Counted from the first letter of the whole stretch, positions 24,901 to 39,554 are shown. The stretch: DNA of 63,255 bases, filler included, from Octopus bimaculoides (GCF_001194135.2; 4 parts of 4 records of this genome joined end to end with filler, not necessarily neighbours in it); one strand, 5' to 3'. Notes: a model not told the origin generated them from the letters alone. A program made the numbers and translations.

Positions 24901-25373
24901 TTAAGAGAAAAGCTATATCTAAATCTATATTTATTGAGTGGTTCTGTAGCGACATGTCAGCATAAAATTTGAGAAATGGGAATTTTATAAGCTTTCACAA
25001 TCTATTTCTAATACGTCACTTTCAGCCACGTGCTTATTTATATATAATGTAAATTACTTCTCGCTTCTCCAGCTGACGAAAGTTCGAGCCGTGTCTTCAG
25101 AGAGTGCAGTGCATTTGCAGAAACACAAATTGTTTCAATTTCTGGAAAATTCTTTTCGCATTGGCTCCAAGTGCCTTTTCTCTTTTTAGTTTAATTTGAT
25201 TAAGTCTATATCATATTAAGGCATATTATTGCACTGATCTTTGTTCAATGTGCACTCTAGTAAATTTGATGCTTGTAGGTGAATTTCTCGTGAGCTCTAG
25301 GAAATAAATACATTCGTGTGTTGATACATACATATACATGTGTGTGTATGTGGCTGTATATATACATGTACAG

Positions 25374-25420
<47 letters not shown>

Positions 25421-25421
25421 C

Positions 25422-25490
<69 letters not shown>

Positions 25491-25675
25491 AAAGAAAGTC
25501 AGGAGGTATGAGATGAATATATGTTGTTTCATCCAGTTTCGCATAGGCATAGCGCTACTAATAACTACTTGTTAGGACTCAATACATTTATACTTTAGGG
25601 TAAATCACCAAGTGAGTACAGATCTTAACATCAACTAATGAATGACAAACGAAAAGTAGTTGCGTAATCACATTC

Positions 25676-25855
25676 ATTAGCTTACAGCTGTTTCTGCAAT
25701 CAATAGCTTGCACTCAGAAATCAGTGCTCTTCCGACGTCTTTTCGTTTCCTGCGAAACATTTAAATACTGAAGGAATCTATAAAAGGTCGCATGAGCATT
25801 CAGCTGTGAGTACAATCTTCTTAACTTCTTACAGCAGGAACAGCTGTAAGCTAAT
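25676..25855. mobile_element. Small element with 22-bp terminal inverted repeats (MITE-like)
   Basis: attagcttacagctgtttctgc ... gcaggaacagctgtaagctaat (21/22 complementary). Confidence 0.6.
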
Positions 25856-26491
25856 AAAAGTAATTTTGTAATCACTGTTCTTTTTGCCATACATTAATTC
25901 ATATATACTCAGGGTTTACGAATACGCACGTACATATATATGTATAAGCGCACGCGCGCGCGTGTGTGTGTGTGTATGTGTGTGTGTGTGTGCGTCTGTA
26001 TGCACACACGGACCTCTCTCCACATATAAGTGATGTGTATATTATCTGATATATTATGTGCATATTATGTAACCACACCCACCCACTTACACACTTTTAA
26101 CTTCCGGCTGAATCAAACACCCGCTACTAACCTGCTTGTTGAGTCACACCCTCATTCGCACATCACGCACACATACACAGTAATCATCTTCACACACTCC
26201 TGTCCCCCCAAAAAAAACACTTTCTCTATCTCTTTCTACTTCCGGTTACTTCAGCACTATAACTACTCACGTGGTGTTGGTTATTTCTTTTCCCTCTTTA
26301 GACTTTTCCATTTCTCCTTTCCGACGAAGAGCTAGACCTCGAAACATCAATCTCTCCCTCTTTTTACCGAACGTCAAGCTAAAACATTCCTTGTGCACGC
26401 CCTCTTGTCTGTTAATTTTATCAATCGTGTATTGAATTGATTGTTTATTTGAATTGACTATTTACATATAGACACACACACACACACACAC

Positions 26492-26539
<48 letters not shown>

Positions 26540-26543
<4 letters not shown>

Positions 26544-26742
26544 ATTCGCCATGATAGATCGCTAGCCACTATACATCCTTTATTTTCTCTCCTTGTTTCT
26601 TTCTGTGTTCCTTTCTGTGGAAGAGCGTAGGCTCGAAACGTTAAAGACTTTTTCACTTCCCGAGCGTTAAACTAATACATCTGTTTGTTGTCTACACCAC
26701 CTGTCTTTGTCTTTTGTCTTTTTTATGAATTCTCCCGATATA
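26540..26742 (+). mobile_element. Short non-autonomous repeat inside (TA)n/(CATA)n carrying a hammerhead-like motif (26615-26645)
   Basis: cttt-ctgtgga-agagc-gtag-gctc-gaaacgtt-aaag; homologous to 4060-4248. Confidence 0.65.
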
Positions 26743-26751
26743 CATACATAC

Positions 26752-26798
<47 letters not shown>

Positions 26799-27169
26799 CA
26801 TATTTATATATATTCATACATACGTGCACACATACATACATGTACACATATATACTTGCATACATACATTAAATTATAGCTAAGTTTGATAAGCATTCGA
26901 TTAGCTGTCATTCCTCTGTGTGTGTAATGTATCACACTTAATCACCTGTGTGCAATGTGGTTCGAAGTCGTGTGGTGATGAAACAACTGTAACTAATATT
27001 AAACTTATGCTATGTTCAACTTCATCTCTGTCTCATACTTTTAGGTATCATGTGTTTATGCATGTGTGTGTGATTGTCTATACGCACTTATGTATGCATT
27101 ATGTATGAATGTATGTATGTATATATGTATGTATGAGTCAAATAGTTACAAACTTGATCAGTTATGAGA

Positions 27170-27580
27170 ATATAATGATTATTGTACAAGTACTGGCATG
27201 TTTTAATATCTTCTTCAATGGTTTGCACCTTTTGAACTGATCTATCTTTATTGTATATTTACATGAAAAGAAGACACCAGTTAATTCCTTGTTAATTCAA
27301 AGAAGCAGTAACGTAGTTTCGCTATCTGTTTTCAATATAAATTCAATATTTTCTTCTAAAGATAATCGAGTTACATTTTCAATTTCCTTTACCAAATTTT
27401 CAAACGGATTGTATAAAGTCTGTGATAAAGAAAATGTCTTATTTCAAACGAGGAGGCATATTTTATTAGAAAACTTATGGATCCGTCAATTTGTTAAGTG
27501 GCTTCAGTCTTTCAATGCCAGTTTCGGAGATTCCTTTGAGAGTCAGTATAGCTTAGAAGATTAACTTATTCAATACCAAT
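27170..27580 (-). mobile_element. Highly decayed Ty3/Gypsy RT-connection/RNase H remnant
   Basis: ERLKPLNKLT...FENLVKEIENVTRLSLEENIEFILKTDSET...VFFSCKYT...TIEEDIKTCQYL. This resembles LKPLxxLL...FExLKxxI...FILxTDAS...AFFSR...IVEAIxKWRHYL. Confidence 0.5.
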
Positions 27581-28504
27581 AATGCGTTTGCTACCGTTAA
27601 ACTGAAAATCAAATTTATTAGCAATCTCTGAATAATGTTTGGGGTACCTCGTTATTGAGCTGTCTCTTTATTTATTCCATCGGCCATTACATTATCCATA
27701 CACACGCGTGTGATGTTGGGTGAGTATTGTCAAAATAATCTTTAATCATACGCTGAAAAGGGAAAAGCCTTGTTTGTGTCAGCGTCGGGAACCTTTGTGA
27801 AAATTATGCAGCTATCAGTTAGCTTCACACGCCGTATACAAACAAAATAGGAAAATAAGAAAATATGCTAAATATTTCGCTTTCCTTTCATCGTCGATGA
27901 GGTGGTCAATTTTAGGTAATTGAAAAGCATCCAATTCTGTAAAGCGATTTATCGCAAAGCCCTAATCAACTTCTATTCTTCTTTTATGGTGTCATTCTTT
28001 GGAAATCAGCGTCTGCGCTTTCCTAGGTGACAGAATTGATTCTAAAATACATTTTGTTGAGTAGTGCCTTCACATGCTGTTCAATGAAATTACAGTCTTA
28101 CAACCCTCTTGACAACAACGCCTTGATTTAGTAGCAATAAGACGGACAGTTTCCCCTTAAAAGCCTGGAAAGTTGAAATTGATGTACATTTTTAGAAATA
28201 ATTGTATTACTTTGTGAAAGTAGTTTTAGCTTTGGCTTTTGTTTTTTTGTTTTGGGTTTTTTTACTTTATGTTTGGGGGGAAAATAAAATAACGATGCCG
28301 TTTCGTCAACACCTTGTTATTTCGAGCCACAACGTACTTATATTCGCAACTGTAAGTCCTCAAGGTATAAAATATTCGGCAAAACATCGAGAAGATAGAA
28401 ATCTCCGACATTTAATAGTAATTCGTGAGAACAAACACAGCTATAGCTGTGCATACGTGTATCCATGTGCGTTATCTATGTATACGTGTGTATGCACAGG
28501 TATG

Positions 28505-28614
<110 letters not shown>

Positions 28615-28682
28615 TGCACACATACATATATACATTTATATATATATACATAAATATGTATATACATTACATATATATATAT

Positions 28683-28716
<34 letters not shown>

Positions 28717-28791
28717 TCACACACAAACTAGCTGTTCATTTATGTATTCGTATTAAAGAACTAGATAGACTGATAGATAAGAAGTTAGTTT

Positions 28792-28826
<35 letters not shown>

Positions 28827-28849
28827 TCATCAAGTCATTATTTACCAAA

Positions 28850-29400
28850 CCATATCTCCACTTGAAAAAAGGAAATATTTTAAAGTTCCAAACCCATGGA
28901 AGCCGCAGAGAAAGACAACTATATGACAGTCATATAAGTTCACTATGATTGAAGGCATTTAATCAAAATTCTTAATCATGGACTAATTGGTTGACAAATA
29001 AAATCGTGGTAGACTTAATTCGTCTCCCGGTTATAATACTACCATGAGTCCGTTGTTCTGCAATCATTTAAACTTGTCCATTTTTCACATTGTCGTCTGC
29101 TTTCATCACCACCATTTTCTGGGCCTTCTTTGCCTTGAGGAGACTATACGGTGTTGGAAACATTTAGACCAAGTCCCTGGTTTGAAGAGTATCTCAATAT
29201 CTTCACGACGGCCTCCATACTACTGAGTCGTAGTTCCTTATATCTTTTCCACCCACAATTCTCAGAGACCTTTCAAAATGGTTGGGATTGCTATCTTACC
29301 TCTGTTTTTGTCGGCAGAAGATTCGAAATATCAGAGGCAAGAAAAGCCCAATCCTTTTCTTCTTGCACACGTGAACGTGTCTACTTACTATTACATCTTA
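28850..29400 (-). mobile_element. Decayed CR1/L2-like LINE RT C-terminal remnant
   Basis: QEEKDWAFLASD... and YKELRLSSME.RREDIEILFK resemble EKDLGV and LKELxLxSLExRRxRGDMIExFK. Confidence 0.4.
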
Positions 29401-29559
29401 GCGTGCACATCAAGAGGACATTTGTGATTGTGTAAGAAATCGTACATACATAGGTAATTCGTATATCTGTGCCAGTATGTATATTATACACATTCAATCA
29501 TATCAACCATTGCTCTATCAATACTACCTAAAAGTCTTTCCTTATCTCTTCATATATTT

Positions 29560-29890
29560 TGGCTTTGACTCCTTGGTCTCAAAATATCTGTCAAATCTAT
29601 CCATTTCATGCCGCCATCATTTTCGTTATCATATCGTTTTTCTTCTGCGTCCTCCCGGGTCCATTACGTCAGTATTTTCGTCATTCTGTTACGACTCGTC
29701 CTCTGGATGCACTCGGCCCAAATCCATTTCAAGTATTTCATGGATGTGATGATGTTATTCAGTTTCCTTGTTTTTCGGTTAAATGTCGACGTTTTATGAC
29801 ATTTCTGTCTTATTCCGAGTTTCATTGCATCATTGACTAATGTCGAAGCTGTCCTTCGTCGGCTTGTTCTGTCTTGTTTCCAGCTAGCCT
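29560..29890 (-). mobile_element. Decayed RTE-clade LINE RT C-terminus
   Basis: IITSMKYLKWIWAECIQRTSRNRMTKILT*WT.GGRRRKR resembles LKWRWAGHIARRTDNRWTKKVLEWxP...GRP. Confidence 0.55.
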
Positions 29891-30049
29891 GTTCACACAC
29901 ACACACACACATACACACACAAATATATAGATACATACACGCACGCAGACACAAGCACAGGCATATACAAATGCAAACAAACATGCATATATTTATATAT
30001 ATATATATATACATATAAAATACACATACATGCATACATATATATATAC

Positions 30050-30092
<43 letters not shown>

Positions 30093-30263
30093 CATATACA
30101 TATATATGTGTATGTATGTATGTATGTATATACATATATACATATGAAGAGATAGATATTTAGTTAGATAGATATGGACACACATATCACAATATCACAT
30201 ACAAACATACATACACACAGAAAAGAGACACACACACATACATACATACATACATACATGCAT

Positions 30264-30329
<66 letters not shown>

Positions 30330-30454
30330 NNNNNNNNNNATATATTTATATATACACACACACACACACACACACGCGCACACACACACACACAAACATG
30401 CATATACATATATGTGACACATACATACATCCACATATATATATACAAATATGC

Positions 30455-30489
<35 letters not shown>

Positions 30490-31255
30490 AACACATATAT
30501 ACACATTTATATGAATATATACATATGTACATTTGAAATATGTGTGTCTGCGTGTATGTATGTATATATGTGTGTATGTGTATGTATGTACGTATATACG
30601 TATGTACCTAGAAAGAAAGAAAGTGGTTATATAAATGACGGTGTATGTGTGTATACATGGTGTGTGTGTNNNNNNNNNNNNNNNNNNNNNNNNNNNNNNN
30701 NNNNNNNNNNNNNNNNNNNNNNNNNNNNNNNNNNNNNNNNNNNNNNNNNNNNNNNNNNNNNNNNNNNNNNNNNNNNNNNNNNNNNNNNNNNNNNNNNNNN
30801 NNNNNNNNNNNNNNNNNNNNNNNNNNNNNNNNNNNNNNNNNNNNNNNNNNNNNNNNNNNNNNNNNNNNNNNNNNNNNNNNNNNNNNNNNNNNNNNNNNNN
30901 NNNNNNNNNNNNNNNNNNNNNNNNNNNNNNNNNNNNNNNNNNNNNNNNNNNNNNNNNNNNNNNNNNNNNNNNNNNNNNNNNNNNNNNNNNNNATTTGTGT
31001 GAATATGTATATATACATGTGTGCGTGGGAGTATATATGTGTGTGTATATTTTTGTGTGTATATTTGTGTGTACATGTATATATACATGTGTGCGTGTGA
31101 GTATATATGTGTGTATATTTGTGTGTATGTGTGTGAGTATATGTGTGTGTATTTGTGTGTATATGTATATATATACATGTAGGTGTGTGTGAGTATATAT
31201 GTGTGTGTATATTTGCACGTGTGTGTCAGTATATATGTGTATGTATATTAGTGTG

Positions 31256-31288
<33 letters not shown>

Positions 31289-31705
31289 ATACAGGTCTGC
31301 CAATGTGTCTCATTGAACGACCGAGTATATTTCTGTTTGCGTGAGGATGTGTGTGTGTGTATGTGTGTGTGTGTGAGTGTGTGTGGGTACTATAAACATA
31401 CATATGAATTAGAGAGTGTGTGTGTATTTGTGTGTGAGTGCGTACGTGTGAATTTGTGCATTTCATTTTTTCTATTTTTGTTCTAGTTAGTTATATTTCC
31501 TGCTTCTTTGTTGCACGCTGTGGATATATATATATATGTTAGGCCGTCTCCCTCCACTTTCTTCCTCTCCCCCCCCTTCTCTTTCTTTCTCTCTCTCTTT
31601 TTCTCTCTCTCACCATCTCCTTCACTTTCTCTCTCTCCCTCTGAATGAATGAATGATTGAATAAATGAATGTGCGTCTGCGATCTCTAGTGACACATGTT
31701 CCCTG

Positions 31706-31760
<55 letters not shown>

Positions 31761-31944
31761 ACCAGAGTAAGCACATAAATGCGAAACAAGGTGGAAAAAT
31801 AGTACTCGAATACCAGAGGTAGAGTAATATGTTTTATTTAAAAGCAGCAGAAATATCACAAAAACTGTTACTCAGAGTTTTACATTCCCATTTGTCGGAC
31901 GTCCGACGAATGGGGACTGCTTTTTAATAAAGTATAAAGGTGCA

Positions 31945-32212
31945 GGAGTGGGTGTGTGTTAAGTAGGTTGCTTACCAACCACATGGTTCCGAGTTCAGTC
32001 CCACTCCATGGCAGCCTAGGGTCAACCAAACCTTTGTAGGCACACCATCGCTTGACAACTGATGTTGGTGTGGTTACGTCCCCGTAACTTAGCAGTTCGG
32101 CAAAAGAGACCGATAAAATAATAAGTACTAGGGTCACAAAGAATAAGTCCTGGGATCGATTTGCTCAAGCATGGCCGCAGTCAAATGACTGAAACAAATA
32201 AAAGAACAAAAG

Positions 32213-32215
<3 letters not shown>
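31945..32215 (+). mobile_element. SINE family A with internal deletions
   Basis: gcaggagtgggtgtgtgttaagtaggttgcttaccaaccacatggttccgagttcagtcccact ... agcatggccgcagtcaaatgactgaaacaaataaaaga. Confidence 0.88.
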
Positions 32216-32260
<45 letters not shown>

Positions 32261-32270
32261 NNNNNNNNNN

Positions 32271-32323
<53 letters not shown>

Positions 32324-32584
32324 TAAGTGTATATACACTGGATTGCATTATTTTGGCGTTCCATCTTATTCACATATATTCATACATGTGTCCGTGTGCG
32401 TGCGCGCGCGCGTGTCTACGTATCTATGCATATGCATTTACGTATTATTACAAGTATGTCCGAGGTTCGATAACGCTATCAAGAAATGCATGGCACTAAA
32501 TACAAATAAAAAGTAATATATAGGTGTATAGAGTAATATAACTACAGATTTTCTCTTGTGATTACTTCACATTTCCTATCATTT

Positions 32585-33172
32585 AAAAAACTAGACTTCG
32601 GCCTTTATAGAGATGACGGGTTGGCTATATCAAAATAATGAACATTTGTCCTCAAATGAAGAAATCTTAGTGAATAAAGAGACTACATTATTTGCCTAAC
32701 TCCATTCTATTTCCCCAACTAAAGAATGGCACCGCCATGACATATCGCTCATAGGCCACTTTTTCATCTGACTTAAAATTTTACACACCCTTCAAACTTA
32801 ATAGGTAAATACTGCCAAACAAACAATAAATAGAGAGCGCTATTTAACGGAAATATTCTTAAATTAAACTACAGATGAAGAGCACATTCTATATACCACA
32901 CAATAAACCTGGGGGGATATGCTAGTACAGATACCTCGAAACATGCACACTGAATTTTGCAGAAGCCATTATTTATAAATAGAGGTAATTTCTATAAAAC
33001 CGAACAATTACGTGGAACGTGAGAGATATATAGGCATGACCGAAGACTACTTGCTCTTTCAGACAATTTGATATTTCAAATCCGACGAAATTAGCTGACT
33101 ACATCTGGCAATTATCAGAAAAAGCTCCTAATTACGACATCAAAAGGAAGATTATGGAAAAATAAAAGACAT
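32585..33172 (+). mobile_element. Internally deleted Penelope-like element (RT active site plus GIY-YIG remnants)
   Basis: LDFGLYRDDGLAI (YRDD 32606-32617), then ERERYIGMTED, then ELADYIWQLSEK.PNYDIKRKIMEK. Confidence 0.8.
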
Positions 33173-33241
33173 GCAAGAATGGAAAAGAAAGACGTGATCT
33201 TTTATATATGCGTGTATGTTTTCATCTGTATAGATGTGTGT

Positions 33242-33361
<120 letters not shown>

Positions 33362-33520
33362 TGTGTGTATATATGTATGTATATGCACACACACATGGAA
33401 ATATATAATTGATTCCATCGGAAGATCGATAGCCACTACCACTATACATATATATATATATATGGATATATGAATATCTATATACATATATACATACATG
33501 CATGCATGAATATAAATAGG

Positions 33521-33594
<74 letters not shown>

Positions 33595-33663
33595 TGTATA
33601 TATACATTTATATACATACAGACACAGATACATATATATATATATATATATATNNNNNNNNNN

Positions 33664-33820
33664 CAATTCCTGAGCGACTCAAGAAGCTGGTGGCGACACC
33701 TGGAGCCCATATCGAATTTTAAATTAAACCTCATACTAAAAGCTTTCCTCTGATATCCATTTGTAGCGAGCTGGATATGGTGTGCCATATCAATTCGATA
33801 CGATGTAGCCCACTACTAAA
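33664..33820 (+). mobile_element. Tc1-like transposase C-terminal fragment
   Basis: IPERLKKLVATPGAHIEF* resembles the S(M/F)PxRLxAVIAAKGGHIE end of Tc1-like transposases. Confidence 0.45.
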
Positions 33821-34414
33821 TGTAGCGTATGGATGTAACGCTTCAAGGTTCTCGCTTTGGAGTAACCAGTGAACATCGAAGAATTAACACCAGAAAGGAA
33901 GAAATATTATTTACATATATTTATTCGTTTACCCGACAGGTTGTTACAGAGACAGTAACAATTCTAGTGATAGCGACGACAAGGATGGCTCGCTGGTTAG
34001 TAGTTGATATGTAGAAAAAGGTTGTCTGTCAGTAGAGAGGGAAAGAGTAAGGTAGTCATGGTGCTGACTAGAAAGGAAGAAATGATAAAGGCGGCATCGC
34101 CTTTCTTACGGCCGAAGCATCTCTTAGCATGTTGAGCAAAGGGCGAACGGAAGTGCTGCTCTTGGTTAAGGCTGATGCAAAAGCGGGTGTTGCTCCTTGG
34201 TCTGGCTGACACCTAAGAGCCGGTGTTGCTACTTGGTCATAGCTGACACATCAGAGGAAGAGTAAGAAAATTCTCTCTGTTATATAGACTATGGTCAGTA
34301 GGTCAAACCTTAAACAAAGGACCCTAGTGGGTGGAATGTTTCCTCATCAATCATCTAGTGTGGAGGATTTCCCGCTCGTTTTGACAATTAATAATTAATT
34401 AATAACTATTTTAA

Positions 34415-34444
34415 AATAGGGAGTTACTTTTCAATCACCCTGTA
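34415..34444. mobile_element. Tc1/mariner terminal inverted repeat end
   Basis: ttacttttcaatcaccctg|ta, the reverse complement of a TA|CAGGGTGATTGAAAAGTA-type terminus. Confidence 0.5.
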
Positions 34445-35617
34445 TCTTGAACACAGTATGATAGTTGACTTTTGTAAATTTCTGAGTGCAAATGCCGAGA
34501 ACAAAGGAGAGAAGCTTGCAGAAACATTTAGTATGCGGTTTCAATTCCTGGATGGAAATCCAGGAACTAACCATCTAAGGTTCAAGACCTTATATATCTA
34601 TTAGATACGATTTCGATCCCCAGTTGATTCAACATCAATCTACTTACTCCGTCACGACTGAAAGAGGAAGCCACCATCCATTTGTTCGAACTTAATGAGT
34701 AATGTAATACGGGGGGAAAAACGTAAAAAAAAAACATGGATAAAGTGAAACTAGGGAAAATACTGGACAGTCACGGTTGGCATGCATTTGATCATAGGTC
34801 TGTTCGATCAAAGCTGATTCGAAGTTAAATAATGTCGCTAAATACTTTCTTTCTAAATGTTCTTCAGAGAAAGTTCTGGAAACACTTCTATCATATTTTC
34901 ATTTTACCTTTATAATTACACGATATAGTTGCTGAGTCAGTAAACTGATATTTGAGAGAGAGAGAGACAGACAGAGAGACACAGTGAGAGAAAGAGAAGG
35001 AGGGAGAGAGAGAGAGAGAGTGAGGGAGAGTGTGTATGTGTGTGTGTATGTGTGCGCGCGTATGTGTATGTACATGTGTCTAGAACATAATTTTCAGTTC
35101 AAATTGGGCATCGTTGTTCCAGCGTGTGTGTTTGTGGTTGTGTGTTTGCTTGTTAGCGCGCCATCTTAGAATGTACGTTTCTGTTCATGTTAGCAGGTGT
35201 GTATACGTATGTACAGGTATAAATGTGCTTATATCTAGGTCAGTATATAAGCTTATATGTATATATGTCTTTGTGTGTGTGTGTGTGGATGTGTGGGTGT
35301 GCACATGTGTGCGTTCAACTGATTCGATTGTAATTATAAGAACATTGCATTAATAGAAATGCTATATATATATATATATGTGTGTGTGTGTATACCTGTG
35401 CGTGTGTGCGCGTGTAAGAGTGCATATCAGTGTGTGTGTGTGCGTCAGCGTATGTGCGTGTGTGCGCGTGTGCGCGCGCGTGTGTTTGTGTGTCGTTAAA
35501 AGAACGTTTAGCTAGAATATAGAACTAAAGTCAGTGTTTATTGACCTCAGTGTGAACAATTAAGGGAGAGAAAAAAGAAAGAGATGTACATATAAATAGA
35601 GTGAGAGAGAGAGAGAG

Positions 35618-35732
35618 AAAGAGATGGAGAGAGGAGAGAGAAAGAGATGGAGAGAGGAGAGAGAAAGAGATGGAGAGAGGAGAGAGAAAGAGATGGAGAG
35701 AGGAGAGAGAAAGAGATGGAGAGAGGAGAGAG
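35618..35732. repeat. 23-bp minisatellite (AAAGAGATGGAGAGAGGAGAGAG)x5
   Basis: Five perfect units read directly. Confidence 0.97.
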
Positions 35733-35833
35733 AGGGGAGACAGGGAGAGGAAGAGAAACCACAAAATCAATGTTACTCATCAATGGTGAACTAGGTAATA
35801 TGTGTATGTATATATATATGTGTGTGTGTCTAC

Positions 35834-35871
<38 letters not shown>

Positions 35872-35897
35872 ACCTACATATATACAAACATATATAC

Positions 35898-35941
<44 letters not shown>

Positions 35942-36274
35942 GCGTGTGTGTCTGTCTCAATGACTGTATGTGTTTGTATGTGTGTTTCTTGGTTCTAGCA
36001 GCTTCGTGTATTTCCTACTTCTGTGCTGTATTATCTAGCTATACATGTATATGTGTGTATGTATACACACACGAACGCACGCTCGCACACATATACATAT
36101 ATGCCTAAACACACTCATACACACATGTGTTTCAATATCTATTCAAATATATACATTTATGGATATGCATGCGTGTATATATATATGTGTGTGTGTGTGT
36201 GTGTATCTATCCATCTATCAATATATCTATTTATACACACACAGACACATACACACATTTATCTATATATATTA

Positions 36275-36306
<32 letters not shown>

Positions 36307-36800
36307 NNNNNNNNNNNNNNNNNNNNNNNNNNNNNNNNNNNNNNNNNNNNNNNNNNNNNNNNNNNNNNNNNNNNNNNNNNNNNNNNNNNNNNNNNNNNNN
36401 NNNNNNNNNNNNNNNNNNNNNNNNNNNNNNNNNNNNNNNNNNNNNNNNNNNNNNNNNNNNNNNNNNNNNNNNNNNNNNNNNNNNNNNNNNNNNNNNNNNN
36501 NNNNNNNNNNNNNNNNNNNNNNNNNNNNNNNNNNNNNNNNNNNNNNNNNNNNNNNNNNNNNNNNNNNNNNNNNNNNNNNNNNNNNNNNNNNNNNNNNNNN
36601 NNNNNNNNNNNNNNNNNNNNNNNNNNNNNNNNNNNNNNNNNNNNNNNNNNNNNNNNNNNNNNNNNNNNNNNNNNNNNNNNNNNNNNNNNNNNNNNNNNNN
36701 NNNNNNNNNNNNNNNNNNNNNNNNNNNNNNNNNNNNNNNNNNNNNNNNNNNNNNNNNNNNNNNNNNNNNNNNNNNNNNNNNNNNNNNNNNNNNNNNNNNN

Positions 36801-36850
<50 letters not shown>

Positions 36851-37513
36851 GATAAATGTACACAAACCAATGTTTGCTTTAGAAGCTCTGAAAGGTGTAT
36901 TGTGAGATAGGAATAAGATAATAATAAACTTTTAAACACACAAACGCTGACAGAACAGCAGAGAAAGGACAAAATATCTATACAAAGCAGAAAAGCTGCC
37001 CATTGACAGTGGACGGTTTAGCTTAACTGATAAATCAATTGACCGGTAATCAAAGTGTTACGAGCTCGAGTCTCCGCTTTTTATGGATATTTTATCCTGT
37101 CTCTGTTGTTCTATCAGCGTTTGTGCATTTGAAAATATATCATTATCTTATTTGTTTCTCACATAAATACATACATATATAGAATATGGAGAATGCCAGG
37201 AGGTATGAGATGAATATACTTATTCATAGAATATCACTTGGCGAAATAAATGTATTCATCTCACACCTCACTTTCTTCCTATTCTGCAAACTCCTGCTGA
37301 AATAATCTTCACTGATTGCATTTACGACATTTCAACTGCATAGGACCCTGCGTTACACTCTTGCATATTGGCTTACTATGTGGTATATAGCCAGGTCCAC
37401 TAAAGGAGCTTCGTTTTTCTTCTTTTGTGATTACCACAGGATTATATAAATCTATATATTGTACGCTAAATATGTGTGCATATATGCATATATATATATA
37501 TATATATGTGTGT

Positions 37514-37556
<43 letters not shown>

Positions 37557-37812
37557 TTGACTGCAACATAAGAGTAGTCTGGCTCTTATTTCTAGCAATA
37601 TAGGTGTTCTAACACCCTTAGTCATTTTTAATAGCAATTATAGTTTCCCTTTTTGGTAACACATTGCACACAGCTGTCTATGTTATATATATATATATAT
37701 ATATAACATACATATAAGAGGGATGACCACTAAGTGGACATCCATGATGCTAGATGTAGACCTCATATGGTCTAAGCATTAAGAAAAGATTGTTCTCAAG
37801 AAAATTCAAAGT

Positions 37813-38300
37813 CGGCCTCGGCGGAATTTGAACTCAGAACGTAAAGACAGACGAAATACCGCTGCCTTTGTCGTTATAGATATTTATTTCTTTATTGCCT
37901 ACAGGGGGCCAAGCATAGAGAGGACTAACAAAGACAGACAAAGGGATTAAGTCGATTATATCGACCCCAGTTCCCAATTAGCACTTAATTTATCGACCCC
38001 TGAAAGGCTGAAAGACAAAGTCGATTTCGGCGGAATTGGAACTCAGAACGTAGACAGACAAAATACCGACAAGCATTGTTCCCGGCGTGCTATCGTTTCG
38101 GCCAGCTCGCCGCCTTTGAGTAATGATATAATGTCTAAGTTTTGTTTGTATTTGTGATGTTATCAATAAAATAAAATTTCCGTTAGAAGAGTCGATGTGA
38201 AAACAAATTGATAGAATCTCAATTTTTCGGCTTTGCTGAATTTGAACTCAGAACCTAGACATACGGAACAAATACTGCAAACATTTCTCATGACGCCTAA
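37813..38300 (-). mobile_element. Cluster of SINE family B: partial head (37813-37865), full copy (37885-38116), diverged head (~38228-38300)
   Basis: Repeated ggcggaatt(t/g)gaactcagaacgta motif; the full copy ends gccagctcgccgcc. Confidence 0.82.
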
Positions 38301-39016
38301 ACGTTTACGTTTACTCGACACCTTCACACATGTGCATAAGCTACAGTCAGAAAACTTTAAATTCTTTTTTTTTTTTTTTTTTGTCCTTGGGTTACCTACA
38401 AATAAATTAGCCTTAAACAAACGACCAGAAAAACACACACAATATTGACATTTCTATAAATCTACTAAAAGCAGAGGCAAAAAATATAAAGACAACGACC
38501 TAACTGAAGAAAAAATAAATCTATAAATTACTTAAAAACATATAAAAATCATTGATTTCACACTGTGGTGCATTATCTACAATCTTTCTCTAATCATTTT
38601 GCACCTGAGTCTCTGGATGCTCATTTTCAGCACCTTAATTGCAAATGAGATACGATAGAACTGTTGGTGTTCAGAGATAGATTACCGTTCTTATCTGTGA
38701 ACATCACTTTAAAGCCAACGGGTAACGAGTTTATGCATGACTTCAAATTAATATGTTTCACAATATGGGTCTTTTTAAAAGTTTCTTAATGATACAAGCA
38801 TCTCCCTAAACAATTCTGTATCTATACACCAGCCGTTGTACATTATAGCATACTTATATAACGGTGCCCTCCTCAATACTTCGACGATGTACAGTGAAGT
38901 CTGTTTCAATGATGAGGTCATGATATGCCGAAATAAAATCGGGGTTCTCTTCCACACTAACCACAATAATATACATATAGAGAGAGAGAGAAAGAGAAAG
39001 AAAGAGAGAGAGATTG

Positions 39017-39090
<74 letters not shown>

Positions 39091-39542
39091 TACACTCACA
39101 CATATACAATGAGCTTCAGTGTCCATCTATAACAAATTCTATCAAAAGGCATATATACCTTAACTCTAACTAAAATATGCTTTTTTATCATGCAGATGGT
39201 GTCGCTAAGCTATTTATTTATTTATCCTCTAAGCAGAACTAACTAGCCATGGCTTACCATTGTGGTCATCAACTAATATTTAGTGAGAAACTTATATTTG
39301 TTCTTTACATTTTACTACGAATAGTTCAGGCATCAATTAGTCGATAGTTAAGAGTCACGATATTAGCTTTTAGTTTTGCCTTTTTGTTAATAAACCGCCA
39401 TCTTATTCTATTGATTAAGCCACTCAAGTCTGCGTATTACAAGTTAACGTTATCGTTACACTGGAAAAAAAAAACAGGCTAATATATATATGTATATANN
39501 NNNNNNNNNNNNNNNNNNNNNNNNNNNNNNNNNNNNNNNNNN

Positions 39543-39554
39543 TTAATTAATTAA
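39543..39554. other. Artificial linker TTAATTAATTAA inside an N gap
   Basis: Flanked by Ns on both sides. Confidence 0.9.

Noticed and set aside
37025-37055. Pbx/Hox TGATTTAT site
   Set aside because: An 8-mer expected by chance several times in AT-rich 63 kb.
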